From the NCBI GenBank assembly GCA_041640635.1, contig JBEPZX010000004.1, positions 1-64,000 on the forward strand: a DNA stretch of 64,000 nucleotides, read 5' to 3'. The number at the start of each line of letters is the position of its first letter. Position 1 is the first letter of the stretch. Positions 30,469-39,773 of the stretch are shown in pieces. Source of the DNA: Aquificaceae bacterium. Its GTDB lineage: Bacteria; Aquificota; Aquificia; Aquificales; Aquificaceae. The notes beneath the pieces were generated by a model that worked only from the letters and a program-made list of their open reading frames with translations, was not told where the DNA came from and made no database searches. The position numbers and the translations under genes are program-made.

Positions 30469-30646
30469 TGCTGACCTCCTCTACACTCAAAAGGTACCAT
30501 GCTTTTTTTATGTTCCCTCTTACCATCGGATTATCTTGCAGTATTACACTCTGACCTCTTTTCTTTAATCCAAGGCTTTTGACCGCCTTTATATGAGCCT
30601 CAGGTTTACCAGCCAAACCTCTTATAAGAGTGACTTTTAACGCCAT
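30455..30646 (-). CDS. rpmD: 50S ribosomal protein L30
   Basis: [10 protein letters not shown]...VKSLGLKK...DNP.VRG; position in the spc cluster. Confidence 0.95.
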   Translation of the reverse strand: MALKVTLIRGLAGKPEAHIKAVKSLGLKKRGQSVILQDNPMVRGNIKKAWYLLSVEEVSNEAT

Positions 30647-30651
30647 CTTTA

Positions 30652-31224
30652 TCACCTCGCATAAATGTGATATCTTTTGCGTAACTCCTCTAAATCTATA
30701 CCTCTGTCCTTTGCGATTTCTTCTACAGACCTAAGTTTTACCAAAGCATCAAAAACTGCTCTCACAACGTTGTTAGGGTTTGTACTACCTTGTAGTTTTG
30801 TAAGAACGTCCGTATACCCAGCAAGTTCCAGTATGGGTTTAGCCGCACCACCTGCCACGATACCTGTACCACGCCTTGCGGGGATGATCTTTATAGTAGT
30901 TGGTCCGTACTTACCTATCACATCATGAGGAACGGTTCCTTCAACTATAGGGACCCTTATTATGTGTTTTTTACCGTCCTCTATAGCTTTTGCTATCGCT
31001 ATGGGAACCTCTTTTGCTTTACCTAAACCAAACCCAACAAAGCCTCTTTTGTCACCTACTATAACCAATGCGCTAAAGGAAAATCTTCTTCCGCCTTTTG
31101 TTGTTCTTGAGGTTCTTTTTGCGTATATGAGACGCTCCTCTATCTGTAAATCCTCTTCTAAACCTACTATACCTTGATCCTTTCTTCTTTCATCGATAAG
31201 TTTGTCTAATGCTGCACCACCCAT
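30652..31224 (-). CDS. rpsE: 30S ribosomal protein S5
   Basis: KGGRRFSFSALV.VGD, GKAKEVP.AI, GTGIVAGG. Confidence 0.99.
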   Translation of the reverse strand: MGGAALDKLIDERRKDQGIVGLEEDLQIEERLIYAKRTSRTTKGGRRFSFSALVIVGDKRGFVGFGLGKAKEVPIAIAKAIEDGKKHIIRVPIVEGTVPHDVIGKYGPTTIKIIPARRGTGIVAGGAAKPILELAGYTDVLTKLQGSTNPNNVVRAVFDALVKLRSVEEIAKDRGIDLEELRKRYHIYAR

Positions 31225-31236
31225 TTTATCCTCCTT

Positions 31237-31608
31237 TTAAAACTCAAGCCCGAGTTCTCTGCACTTATCTGCAAAGGCTTTGACTTTTCCTGTATACAAA
31301 AATCCTCCACGATCAAAAACGACCTTTTTTATACCTTTTTCGAGAGCTTTTTTTACCAATATCTGTGCAACCTTTTCCACATCCTGTATGGACTTACCAC
31401 CTCTTTTACCAACTGAGTTAACAAAGTCCGGATCTATAGAGGATGCAGAAATTAAGGTGTTACCTTGAGTGTCATCGACTATCTGAGCATAAAAGGCGTT
31501 TAGACTCCTGTATATGCATAACCTTGGTCTCTCTGGTGTACCAAAAATTTTTCTTCTGATCCTTTTGTGTCTTCTTTCTCTCTTTTCATGCTTACTTAAC
31601 TTTGCCAT
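31237..31608 (-). CDS. rplR: 50S ribosomal protein L18
   Basis: RPRL.IYRS, VVFDRGG.LY.GKV. Confidence 0.99.
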   Translation of the reverse strand: MAKLSKHEKRERRHKRIRRKIFGTPERPRLCIYRSLNAFYAQIVDDTQGNTLISASSIDPDFVNSVGKRGGKSIQDVEKVAQILVKKALEKGIKKVVFDRGGFLYTGKVKAFADKCRELGLEF

Positions 31609-31619
31609 TAGAGACCTCC

Positions 31620-32174
31620 TTACTTCTTACCTTTGCCACCCTTACCAGCAGACTTACCTGCTTTTAGTTTTAGGACTTCTCCTTCATACCTTATGCCCTT
31701 ACCTTTGTATACGTTAGGCTTTCTAAACTGTCTAATCTCGGCTGCTACCTGTCCTACTCTTTGCTTATCTATACCGCTAACTATTATTTTGTTTTCTTTT
31801 ACTTCTATCTTTACATCGGACGGTATTGGATAAACAACTGGATGTGATAGTCCTAAGTTTAGCTCTAAGGTGTTTCCTTTTACACTTGCCCTATAACCCA
31901 GACCAACCAACTCCAGTGTGACACTAAATCCTTCAGTTACACCTTTTATCATATTCTTGATAAGTGCGGCCGTTGTACCATGAATTGCTCTGTGGAATGG
32001 ATTATCCGAAGGTCTTTCTACTCTAATAGTATTGCCTTCTTGTATAACCTTTATTTCTGGATGAGGAGTCAAAGAAAGTTTTCCTTTTGGTCCCTCAACC
32101 AAAATGTTAGCATCCGACAAAGTTACCTTTACTTTATCAGGTATCTGTATTGGTGTCTTCCCAACTCTTGACAT
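31620..32174 (-). CDS. rplF: 50S ribosomal protein L6
   Basis: [26 protein letters not shown]. Confidence 0.99.
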   Translation of the reverse strand: MSRVGKTPIQIPDKVKVTLSDANILVEGPKGKLSLTPHPEIKVIQEGNTIRVERPSDNPFHRAIHGTTAALIKNMIKGVTEGFSVTLELVGLGYRASVKGNTLELNLGLSHPVVYPIPSDVKIEVKENKIIVSGIDKQRVGQVAAEIRQFRKPNVYKGKGIRYEGEVLKLKAGKSAGKGGKGKK

Positions 32175-32184
32175 ATCTATCACC

Positions 32185-32589
32185 TCACAAAACGTAAGCT
32201 ATTATTTCTCCACCCTTTTTTAGCTTCCTAGCTTCATGGTCAGTAATTACTCCAGCATCGGTAGAAAGTATTGCTATACCTAATCCTTTTTGGATGTAAG
32301 GTATGTTACGAGCAGAGGTGTAGACCCTTCTACCAAGTTTCGATATTCTGCCTAACTCTCTTATAGCACTCTTACTTTTTTTGTGATCTAAATATCTAAG
32401 GTGGATCCTTAGAGTATACTGGTATCCCTTTTTAGCATCCTCGATCCTTTCCCAATCCTTTATGTAACCTTCTTTTTTTAGTATTTCTAGAATACGCTCC
32501 TTCATCTTGGATGACGGTATATCTACATAATCCATTCTTCTCTGAATAGCATTCTTAATAGCCGAAAACATATCCGCTATTGGGTCCAT
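32185..32589 (-). CDS. rpsH: 30S ribosomal protein S8
   Basis: [29 protein letters not shown]. Confidence 0.99.
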   Translation of the reverse strand: MDPIADMFSAIKNAIQRRMDYVDIPSSKMKERILEILKKEGYIKDWERIEDAKKGYQYTLRIHLRYLDHKKSKSAIRELGRISKLGRRVYTSARNIPYIQKGLGIAILSTDAGVITDHEARKLKKGGEIIAYVL

Positions 32590-32601
32590 TAGTCTACCTC
32601 C

Positions 32602-32790
32602 TTACCAACTTGCCTTCTTTACTCCAGGAAGTTCGCCTTTATGAGCAAGCTCCCTAAAGCACAACCTACACATACCAAAGTACCTTATAAAACCCCTAGG
32701 TCTGCCGCATATTGGGCATCTGTTTTTGCTCCTCACTTCGTACTTTGGAAAGTGCTTTATGTCTTTTGCTACTTTAGCTTTCCTTGGCAT
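32602..32790 (-). CDS. rpsZ: 30S ribosomal protein S14, type Z (Zn-binding)
   Basis: RCPICGRPR...CRLCFRE...LPGVKKASW. Confidence 0.97.
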   Translation of the reverse strand: MPRKAKVAKDIKHFPKYEVRSKNRCPICGRPRGFIRYFGMCRLCFRELAHKGELPGVKKASW

Positions 32791-32791
32791 A

Positions 32792-33355
32792 TCACACGCT
32801 CCTTATAGGTAATCCTAATAGAGATAGAAGCCATAAGGCTTCCTCATCACTTTTTGCAGTGGTATGAATTATTATATCCATACCCCTTATAGCATCCACT
32901 TTTTCGTAATCTATCTCTGGAAATACTATCTGCTCGCTTATACCAAAGGCGTAGTTTCCTCTTCCGTCAAAGGATCTAGGATTTAGACCCTTAAAGTCTT
33001 TGACTCTTGGTAGAGCAACGGATATAAGCTTATCAAGAAAATCCCACATGCGTTCTTTTCTCAGTGTAACCTTAAGACCCACAGGCATGCCTTTTCTTAG
33101 CTTAAACCCAGCTTCAGATTTTTTGGCTCTCCTTATGGAAGGTTGTTGACCAGTTATCGCCTTGATATCCTCTACAGCTCTGTCTATTTGTTTTATGTCT
33201 GCAACGGCTTCACCTACTCCCATATTGACAACAACTTTCACTATCCTTGGAACTTCCATGGGATTTTTATAACCAAAGTGATTTATAAGCTGTGGCACAA
33301 CCTCTTCCGTATACTTACTAAAAAGTCTTGGTACATACTTTGTCTGCGCACTCAT
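32792..33355 (-). CDS. rplE: 50S ribosomal protein L5
   Basis: [31 protein letters not shown]. Confidence 0.99.
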   Translation of the reverse strand: MSAQTKYVPRLFSKYTEEVVPQLINHFGYKNPMEVPRIVKVVVNMGVGEAVADIKQIDRAVEDIKAITGQQPSIRRAKKSEAGFKLRKGMPVGLKVTLRKERMWDFLDKLISVALPRVKDFKGLNPRSFDGRGNYAFGISEQIVFPEIDYEKVDAIRGMDIIIHTTAKSDEEALWLLSLLGLPIRSV

Positions 33356-33708
33356 GCTAAAGACCTCGCTTTTTCTTTAATTAAGTCTATATTTTCGTTG
33401 CACTTTTTACAGTACCTATACTTTCTGACCACATTCCCATCTTGAAGTATTCTAAAACCTACCCTTGTGGGTTTTTCACATTTGGGGCATATCAACATAA
33501 CATTACTTATGTGTATAGGTGCTTCCATCTCGTAAATACCGCCTTCTCTTACATTTGGTATCTCTTTAACGTGCTTCTTTACTATATTTACATCTTTCAC
33601 TATCACTCTTCCTTCATCCTTTATAACCTTTAGGACCTCTCCCATTTTTCCACGATCTTTACCTCTCAAGACTACTACGGTATCGCCTTTCCTTATTTTA
33701 GATGCCAT
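33352..33708 (-). CDS. rplX: 50S ribosomal protein L24
   Basis: [18 protein letters not shown] motif, EAPIHISNV; CxxC...CxxC. Confidence 0.98.
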   Translation of the reverse strand: MASKIRKGDTVVVLRGKDRGKMGEVLKVIKDEGRVIVKDVNIVKKHVKEIPNVREGGIYEMEAPIHISNVMLICPKCEKPTRVGFRILQDGNVVRKYRYCKKCNENIDLIKEKARSLA

Positions 33709-34073
33709 CACACTACCTCCGGAGCCAGCGATGCCAGCTTGGTAAATCCTCTATTTCTGACTTCTCTAGCTATAGGTCCAAGTATACGTGTGCCTAGAGG
33801 TTCACCGTATTGGTTCAAGAGAACTACGGCGTTATCGTCAAACTTTATGTAACTTCCATCTGGTCTACCTAGTTCTTTTTTTGTGCGTACCACAACAGCC
33901 CTGTACACTTTTCCCTTCTTGGCTGGACTGTTTGGTGCTGCTTGCTTAACTGTAACAGTTACTACATCACCTACAATAGCGTATTTTCTTGGTGCATAAG
34001 GAATACCTATTATTTGCACCTTCTTTGCACCAGAATTATCCGCAACATTAGCATAACCTTGCCTCTGTATCAT
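33708..34073 (-). CDS. rplN: 50S ribosomal protein L14
   Basis: MIQ...[31 protein letters not shown]. Confidence 0.99.
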   Translation of the reverse strand: MIQRQGYANVADNSGAKKVQIIGIPYAPRKYAIVGDVVTVTVKQAAPNSPAKKGKVYRAVVVRTKKELGRPDGSYIKFDDNAVVLLNQYGEPLGTRILGPIAREVRNRGFTKLASLAPEVV

Positions 34074-34108
34074 GGTTAATCACCTCTCTTCTTTTAACAA
34101 GAAGGTTT

Positions 34109-34138
34109 ATTATACCACAGAACTTGAATTTTTTGCAA
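34109..34138 (-). promoter_or_regulatory. spc cluster promoter
   Basis: TTGCAA, 18 nt spacer, TG-n-TATAAT upstream of rplN. Confidence 0.7.
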
Positions 34139-34460
34139 GTGTATATATTTACTTGTATGTAGAAGTCCACATATACATATAAAAGCATGTTTATCATAAT
34201 CTGCATTAGCTTTGGAATTGAAAGCTAAGTTAAATTAATACTACTTATTAAAAAATATATACAACCTCTATATAAAAATAACTTTATGTACTATAAAATA
34301 CAACAAGCCTCAAAGACAAAAACGCTCCTGAATAGCCGAATTTAGTTTAGAAGAATATCCTAAGATAAGCAAGTATTATATAAGCATAAGGAAAAATTAA
34401 TATGTTCATAACTATAGTAGCTGTATATTTTTATAATAAATTTACAATAGGAGGTAAAAA

Positions 34461-35783
34461 ATGAATATCACAAGGAGAGAGCTTATAAAAGGTGCCGGAT
34501 TGGCTACACTTACCTTTGCGTCTGGGTCTAACTTAGCCTTTGCTGCTGCAGAAACTATAGTTAAAAAGGAAGCAATGCTGCCTCCACCAAAAGGTAACAG
34601 AGTTGTAATCGCAGGAGGAGGATGGGCAGGTCTTACCGTTGCCAAGTATCTAAAAAAGGAAAACCCTAATATAGAAGTAGTCCTTTTGGAAAAGAGACCT
34701 AACTTTTTCTCATGTCCAATAAGTAATGAATGGCTGGCAGGTCTTGTTAACTTAGAGTTCATTCAACACGATTACAATCAGCCAGCTTCTAAATACGGCT
34801 ACAAGTTCATTAACACAACTGTATTAGGTATAGAGAGGGATAAAAAGAGGGTGTATACTCCATACGGTTACGTAGAGTATAACTACTTGGTGTTGGCACC
34901 TGGTATAAGGTACAACTACGGAGCTTGGTTTGGAGACAACAAAGATTTAACCAGCTATACAAAAATGAATCATCCGTCTGCCTTTATACCTGGCTCCGAA
35001 CATTTAGCACTTAAAAGGAAGGTATGGGATTTTGAAGAAGGGGATTTTGTAATTACAGTACCACCTGGTGCTTACAGGTGTCCACCCGCACCATACGAAA
35101 GAGCTGCTATGATAGCTTACGTCTTCAAAAAGAACAAGGTAAATGGTAGAGTAGTAATCTTAGATCCTAAGGAAGATATAGCTCCAAAGGGACCAGGATT
35201 TCGCAAAGCTTACGATGAGCTTTACTTAGGAATGGTTGAGTACATCCCGAAAGCAAGCATAAAAGAGGTAGATCCAGTTAAAAAGATTATAAAAACAACC
35301 GCAGGCGATTTTAAATTCACAGATGCCAATTTGAATCCTCCGCAACAAGCGGGTGAACTTGTGTGGATGGCCGATCTAATAGCTAAAGATAAGGATGGAA
35401 AGCCTACGGGATGGGCTGATCAGGACCCACTGACTTTCCAGGCAAAAACTGATCCACAAGTATTTTTGGTGGGTGATGTAATCGGTGGGACTCCTTATCC
35501 CAAGAGTGGACACATGGCAAACTCTCAAGGGAAGATAGTAGCAAAGGTAATAGCAAGCAGAATAGCAGGCAAAGACTACAAACCTACTCTTCCAGACAAC
35601 ACCTGCTACTCTATGGTTAACGGCGACCCACAAGAAGCAATAGTCATTAACGTAACTTACGAATACAACGAAAAAGAAAAGAAAATTAATCCAAAACCAA
35701 AAGTTATAAACGAAAGGTCCAAAGCTTTAGGAGATGCCACATACGAATGGGCAAGGGCTATATACAGAGATATGTTTGCTTGA
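34461..35783 (+). CDS. fccB: flavocytochrome c sulfide dehydrogenase flavoprotein subunit (FccB/SoxF family), Tat-exported
   Basis: TRRELIK Tat motif; VVIAGGGWAG; SCPISN; YRCPPAPYER; PKSGHMAN.QG; NTCYS. Confidence 0.9.
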   Translation: MNITRRELIKGAGLATLTFASGSNLAFAAAETIVKKEAMLPPPKGNRVVIAGGGWAGLTVAKYLKKENPNIEVVLLEKRPNFFSCPISNEWLAGLVNLEFIQHDYNQPASKYGYKFINTTVLGIERDKKRVYTPYGYVEYNYLVLAPGIRYNYGAWFGDNKDLTSYTKMNHPSAFIPGSEHLALKRKVWDFEEGDFVITVPPGAYRCPPAPYERAAMIAYVFKKNKVNGRVVILDPKEDIAPKGPGFRKAYDELYLGMVEYIPKASIKEVDPVKKIIKTTAGDFKFTDANLNPPQQAGELVWMADLIAKDKDGKPTGWADQDPLTFQAKTDPQVFLVGDVIGGTPYPKSGHMANSQGKIVAKVIASRIAGKDYKPTLPDNTCYSMVNGDPQEAIVINVTYEYNEKEKKINPKPKVINERSKALGDATYEWARAIYRDMFA

Positions 35784-35791
35784 TTTTTCAG

Positions 35792-35812
35792 GGGGCTGCC
35801 ATAGCCCCTTTT
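35792..35812 (+). terminator. hairpin/terminator after the first fccB
   Basis: GGGGCT-GCCAT-AGCCCC-TTTT. Confidence 0.7.
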
Positions 35813-35829
35813 CAATGGAGATATAAGAT

Positions 35830-36843
35830 ATGAATACCTTTAGAAATAATCGCATTGGCTTTGTATTTCCCGCACTTATAGTAACATTAACTTTATTCTT
35901 TACTATATTTTCGTACGCAAACTTTATGCAATCTGACATTCACCACAAAGATCATACATCTACAAAAGATGAACATTCGACAGAAATACCAATTAAAACT
36001 ATAGCTGACCGTCAAAAGTATCTAAAACCTGTTTTAAAAGGTGGTGTAAAGGAGTTTCATCTTACAGCTGAAGTTATCCGCTGGGAATACACAAAGGGAA
36101 AAACTATTCTTGTATGGGGTTTCAATGGTCAAATTCCTGGACCAGAGATTAGAGTAAGGGAAAATGACAAAGTTCGTATTGTAATTACCAACAAATTGCC
36201 AAAGGCAATAACCGTCCATTGGCACGGTGTGGATGTACCATTTGAGCAAGATGGAGTTCCTGAAATAACCCAAAAGGCTATCCAACCAGGAGAAGTTTAT
36301 ATTTACGAATTCGTTGCTAAACCTGCTGGTACTCGTTTTTATCATGCCCACGGCAGTAAAATGGGGGACGAAGCAGAACAACTGGATATGGGTTTATCAG
36401 GTGCATTCATTATAGAACCACGTAACTATAAAAGGCCGGATAGAGAGTACGTACTTATACTGGACGATTGGCAAGCTATGTCTGAGGGTCATGTGAATGG
36501 GCACTCTGGAAACTATGATCTCTTTACTATAAATGGCTTGGCTTTTCCATCAACGGAGCCTATTAAGGTAAGGAAAGGTGAAAGGGTTCGCTTAAGGATT
36601 ATAAACACTAGCGTATCTACCTTTCATCCAATGCATTTACACGGTCATCAGTTTAAAGTTGTAGCGGTAGATGGTAACCCTGTACCACCAGCAGCTCAGT
36701 TAATACGTAACACAATCACCCTTCATCCTGGGGAAACCTATGATATTGAATTTATTGCAAACAATCCTGGCACTTGGCTTTTTCACTGTCATGAACTTCA
36801 TCATGCTGATGCCGGAATGGCTACACTAATTGTATATTATTAG
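35830..36843 (+). CDS. two-domain multicopper oxidase (type-1 Cu ligands in domain 2)
   Basis: VHWHG, FYHAH, HPMHLHGH, WLFHCHELHH..AGM; only 337 aa; hydrophobic N-terminus and His-rich linker. Confidence 0.9.
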   Translation: MNTFRNNRIGFVFPALIVTLTLFFTIFSYANFMQSDIHHKDHTSTKDEHSTEIPIKTIADRQKYLKPVLKGGVKEFHLTAEVIRWEYTKGKTILVWGFNGQIPGPEIRVRENDKVRIVITNKLPKAITVHWHGVDVPFEQDGVPEITQKAIQPGEVYIYEFVAKPAGTRFYHAHGSKMGDEAEQLDMGLSGAFIIEPRNYKRPDREYVLILDDWQAMSEGHVNGHSGNYDLFTINGLAFPSTEPIKVRKGERVRLRIINTSVSTFHPMHLHGHQFKVVAVDGNPVPPAAQLIRNTITLHPGETYDIEFIANNPGTWLFHCHELHHADAGMATLIVYY

Positions 36844-36891
36844 AGTCTTATATTTATTACTTTTTTCTATAATTTTAACGGAGGTCTTATT

Positions 36892-37608
36892 ATGGATAGA
36901 AGGGATTTTATAAAAGCTTGTGCAACAGTGGGTTTGGTAGCCACATTAGATCCAGCTGTGTTTCAAAGATCTCTGGCTTCTCAAGGCAACCTCCTAAAAA
37001 GCTACAGTAAAGCCTTGTTAGTAAAAAGTGACGGAACGCCTCTTCTTGAAAGTGACATAACGCCAGAAAAAAGCTACATTTTCTTTTATCCTTATGCATC
37101 TACACCGTGTTTCTTAATAAATTTAAACAAAGAAGTAAAAGCTACGGAAATAAAGTTAAAGGATGGTAGATCCTACACATGGACAGGTGGAGTAGGTAAA
37201 AGTAGAAGTATAGTTGCTTACTCTGCTATATGTGCTCACCAATGGAGCTATCCAACAAAGGACTATGCCTTTATAAATTACTATCCTCAGGAGAAACCTT
37301 CAGAAACTACGAAAAAAGCCGGTGTGATTCAATGCTGTGCTCACTTAGCCATATACGACCCTACACAAGGTGCCAAACCAGTAGATGGACCTGCTGAGTA
37401 TCCCCTAGCGGCAGTCCTTATAACTCAGGAAGGGAATAACCTTTACGCTACAGGAGTTATTGGTGTGGACCAATTTGATAAATTTTTCGACCTATATAAA
37501 CAAGAACTAAGGAAAGAATACGGATCTACAGCAAAAGCTAAAACTTTAGTGGATAAATGTGTAGTCATGGAGGTGGATAGCTATGTTAAAAACCCAATCA
37601 GGTGTTAA
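36892..37608 (+). CDS. Tat-exported Rieske [2Fe-2S] protein
   Basis: DRRDFIK Tat motif; SAICAHQ and IQCCAH...YDP..GA.PV.GPA..PL Rieske boxes. Confidence 0.88.
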   Translation: MDRRDFIKACATVGLVATLDPAVFQRSLASQGNLLKSYSKALLVKSDGTPLLESDITPEKSYIFFYPYASTPCFLINLNKEVKATEIKLKDGRSYTWTGGVGKSRSIVAYSAICAHQWSYPTKDYAFINYYPQEKPSETTKKAGVIQCCAHLAIYDPTQGAKPVDGPAEYPLAAVLITQEGNNLYATGVIGVDQFDKFFDLYKQELRKEYGSTAKAKTLVDKCVVMEVDSYVKNPIRC

Positions 37609-38851
37609 CAGAAGGGAGTTTATATTAGGTGGTCTTTCAGCAGGTGTTCTCTTTGGAACAACATCCTTTGCATCACCAGTAGTGACAAGCAAGGGTATTT
37701 CTAAAGCCAAGATAGTAATTGTTGGTGGTGGCTATGGAGGTTTAACAGTAGCTAAATACATAAAAAAGGAGAACAAGAACTTATCTGTAACATTGATTGA
37801 AGAGAAACCCTTTTTCATGTCCTGTCCCATGTCTAACCACTTCTTAGCAGGTTTGATGGAGCTTACATCCCTTTGTTTCTCTTATAACACATTAAGTGTA
37901 AATCACGGTATAAATTTTGTTAACGAAAAGGTTTTAGACATAGACCTTCATAAGAGATTGGTAAGAACCGTAAACGGTACCTTCAAATATGACTTTTTAA
38001 TACTTTCGCCTGGTATAGACTACGATATAGATAACAGACCAGATTACAAAGAGTCTATAATTCATAATCCACCTGCCTTTAAGCCTGGATCCGAACACAT
38101 ACACTTGAAAAGGTTATTGGAAGAATTTGAGGAAGGAGAAATAGTAATTACTGTGCCTGAACCTCCATACAGATGTCCACCGGCTCCATACGAAAGAGCC
38201 GCTCTTATAGCAAGTATGATAAAACGGCTAAACCTTAAGGCTCATATTTACTTTATAGATGCCAATGAAAAGCCTATCATAAATTCTCAAGGTTTCCTAT
38301 CAGCCTACTACGACCTTTATAAGGACGTAGCTACGTACATAACCTCTGCACGTGTTAGAGAAATAGACATACATAAAAAGATCATAAAAACTACTCATGG
38401 GGATTTTAAGTATAGCATAGCAAATGTGATCCCTCCTATGAAAGCTAGCAATCTTTTGAACAAGATTGGTCTATTAAAGAAGGAGCAAAAGTGGGCTTAT
38501 GTTAATCCTTTAACTTTTGAAACAAACATAGAAAATGTATTTGTGATAGGTGATGCATCTCAAACTTACTTACCGAAAAGCGGCTATGCAGCCCATTCTC
38601 AAGGTAAAGTTTTAGCAAAAATAATAAATTCAAGAATAACAGGCAAACCTTTAGACAGGGAATATATGCAGATGATATGCTATGCAATGGTGAGTGACAA
38701 AGAAGCTATAATGGCAGAAACTAGTTTTACATACGACGTAAGTAACAAGAGATTTATCCCAAAGCATATAGAGGATAATATAAGGAAAGAAACTACAGCA
38801 AAAAGATACGATGAATGGGCGAGAGGTTTGTGGAGAGACCTCTTTAGCTAA
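37583..38851 (+). CDS. second FccB/SoxF-family sulfide dehydrogenase flavoprotein
   Basis: NRREFI Tat motif; IVGGGYGG; SCPMSN; YRCPPAPYER; PKSGYAAHSQG; ICYA. Confidence 0.88.
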   Translation: MLKTQSGVNRREFILGGLSAGVLFGTTSFASPVVTSKGISKAKIVIVGGGYGGLTVAKYIKKENKNLSVTLIEEKPFFMSCPMSNHFLAGLMELTSLCFSYNTLSVNHGINFVNEKVLDIDLHKRLVRTVNGTFKYDFLILSPGIDYDIDNRPDYKESIIHNPPAFKPGSEHIHLKRLLEEFEEGEIVITVPEPPYRCPPAPYERAALIASMIKRLNLKAHIYFIDANEKPIINSQGFLSAYYDLYKDVATYITSARVREIDIHKKIIKTTHGDFKYSIANVIPPMKASNLLNKIGLLKKEQKWAYVNPLTFETNIENVFVIGDASQTYLPKSGYAAHSQGKVLAKIINSRITGKPLDREYMQMICYAMVSDKEAIMAETSFTYDVSNKRFIPKHIEDNIRKETTAKRYDEWARGLWRDLFS

Positions 38852-38874
38852 TATAGAAATTAAATTTTAAAAAT

Positions 38875-39687
38875 ATGATACTTCTATCACCAGCAAAACT
38901 TAACCTAGGGTTGTGGCTTCTGGGCAAAAGACCTGATGGATATCACGAAATATTCACTGTGTTTCATACCGTAAACCTTTGCGACGAGATAACTATAAAG
39001 GAGGGTCCCAAAAAGGTAGAAACGAGTAACCTAATACCTCAAGAAGAGAATCTGGTATATAAAGCCTTGAACCTTTTAGAAGGGAAATTAGGAGAAGATG
39101 TACATTTTAGCGTATACATAAATAAGAAAATCCCGGTAGGCGGAGGATTAGGTGGTGGATCTTCCAATGTCGCTACTGTCCTAAAAGCCGTAAACAACTT
39201 GTTGGGTAATCCTTTACCTTTTGAAGATCTTGTGGATATAGCCAAGAGCGTATCTTCGGATGCTCCGTTCTTTTTATATGGAGGCACGGCTATTGGTACC
39301 AATAAAGGGGATGTTATTAGACCTATAGAACACATAAATTTGGAATTCACTATAGTATGTCCATCCTTTTCAGCTTCGAGCAAGAAAGTTTATTCTATGG
39401 TGAGCGAGGAAGAATTGACAAAGAATATAGATATTGATAAAATAATAAATTGTATATATAGGCACGAATTTGAAGTTTTGGAAAATAAACTGGGCGATAT
39501 AAGTGCGAGAATGTTTCCTCAAGTAGGAGAAGTAGTTAGGTTTTTAAGTGATATGGGTTACAGGCCGTTAGTTAGCGGGTCTGGATCCTGTGTGTATGTT
39601 ATAGGTGAGGTTTCAGAAGAAGTAGAAAGGGCTGCGAAGTTACGTAGTTGGCTATTGTATAAAGTGAAGAGTTGGCATGGGGTGTAG
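38875..39687 (+). CDS. ispE: 4-diphosphocytidyl-2-C-methyl-D-erythritol kinase
   Basis: SPAKLNL.L, DGYHEI, KKIPVGGGLGGGSSN, SDAPFF, SGSGS. Confidence 0.97.
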   Translation: MILLSPAKLNLGLWLLGKRPDGYHEIFTVFHTVNLCDEITIKEGPKKVETSNLIPQEENLVYKALNLLEGKLGEDVHFSVYINKKIPVGGGLGGGSSNVATVLKAVNNLLGNPLPFEDLVDIAKSVSSDAPFFLYGGTAIGTNKGDVIRPIEHINLEFTIVCPSFSASSKKVYSMVSEEELTKNIDIDKIINCIYRHEFEVLENKLGDISARMFPQVGEVVRFLSDMGYRPLVSGSGSCVYVIGEVSEEVERAAKLRSWLLYKVKSWHGV

Positions 39688-39753
39688 CTCAACTGGCAGA
39701 GCATCGGATTTTGGATCCGAGGGTTCCTGGTTCGAGTCCAGGCACCCCAGCCA
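39678..39753 (+). tRNA. tRNA-Gln(TTG), CCA encoded; overlaps the ispE 3' end by 10 nt
   Basis: TGGGGTGTAGCTCAACTGGCAGAGCATCGGATTTTGGATCCGAGGGTTCCTGGTTCGAGTCCAGGCACCCCAGCCA; U1-A72 pair. Confidence 0.97.
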
Positions 39754-39773
39754 AACTTATTTAGGAGAGTAAA

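Noticed and set aside
33708..34460. Absence of the S10 cluster upstream of rplN
   Set aside because: To my knowledge, separation of the S10 and spc clusters is already seen in Aquificaceae, so it is not novel.
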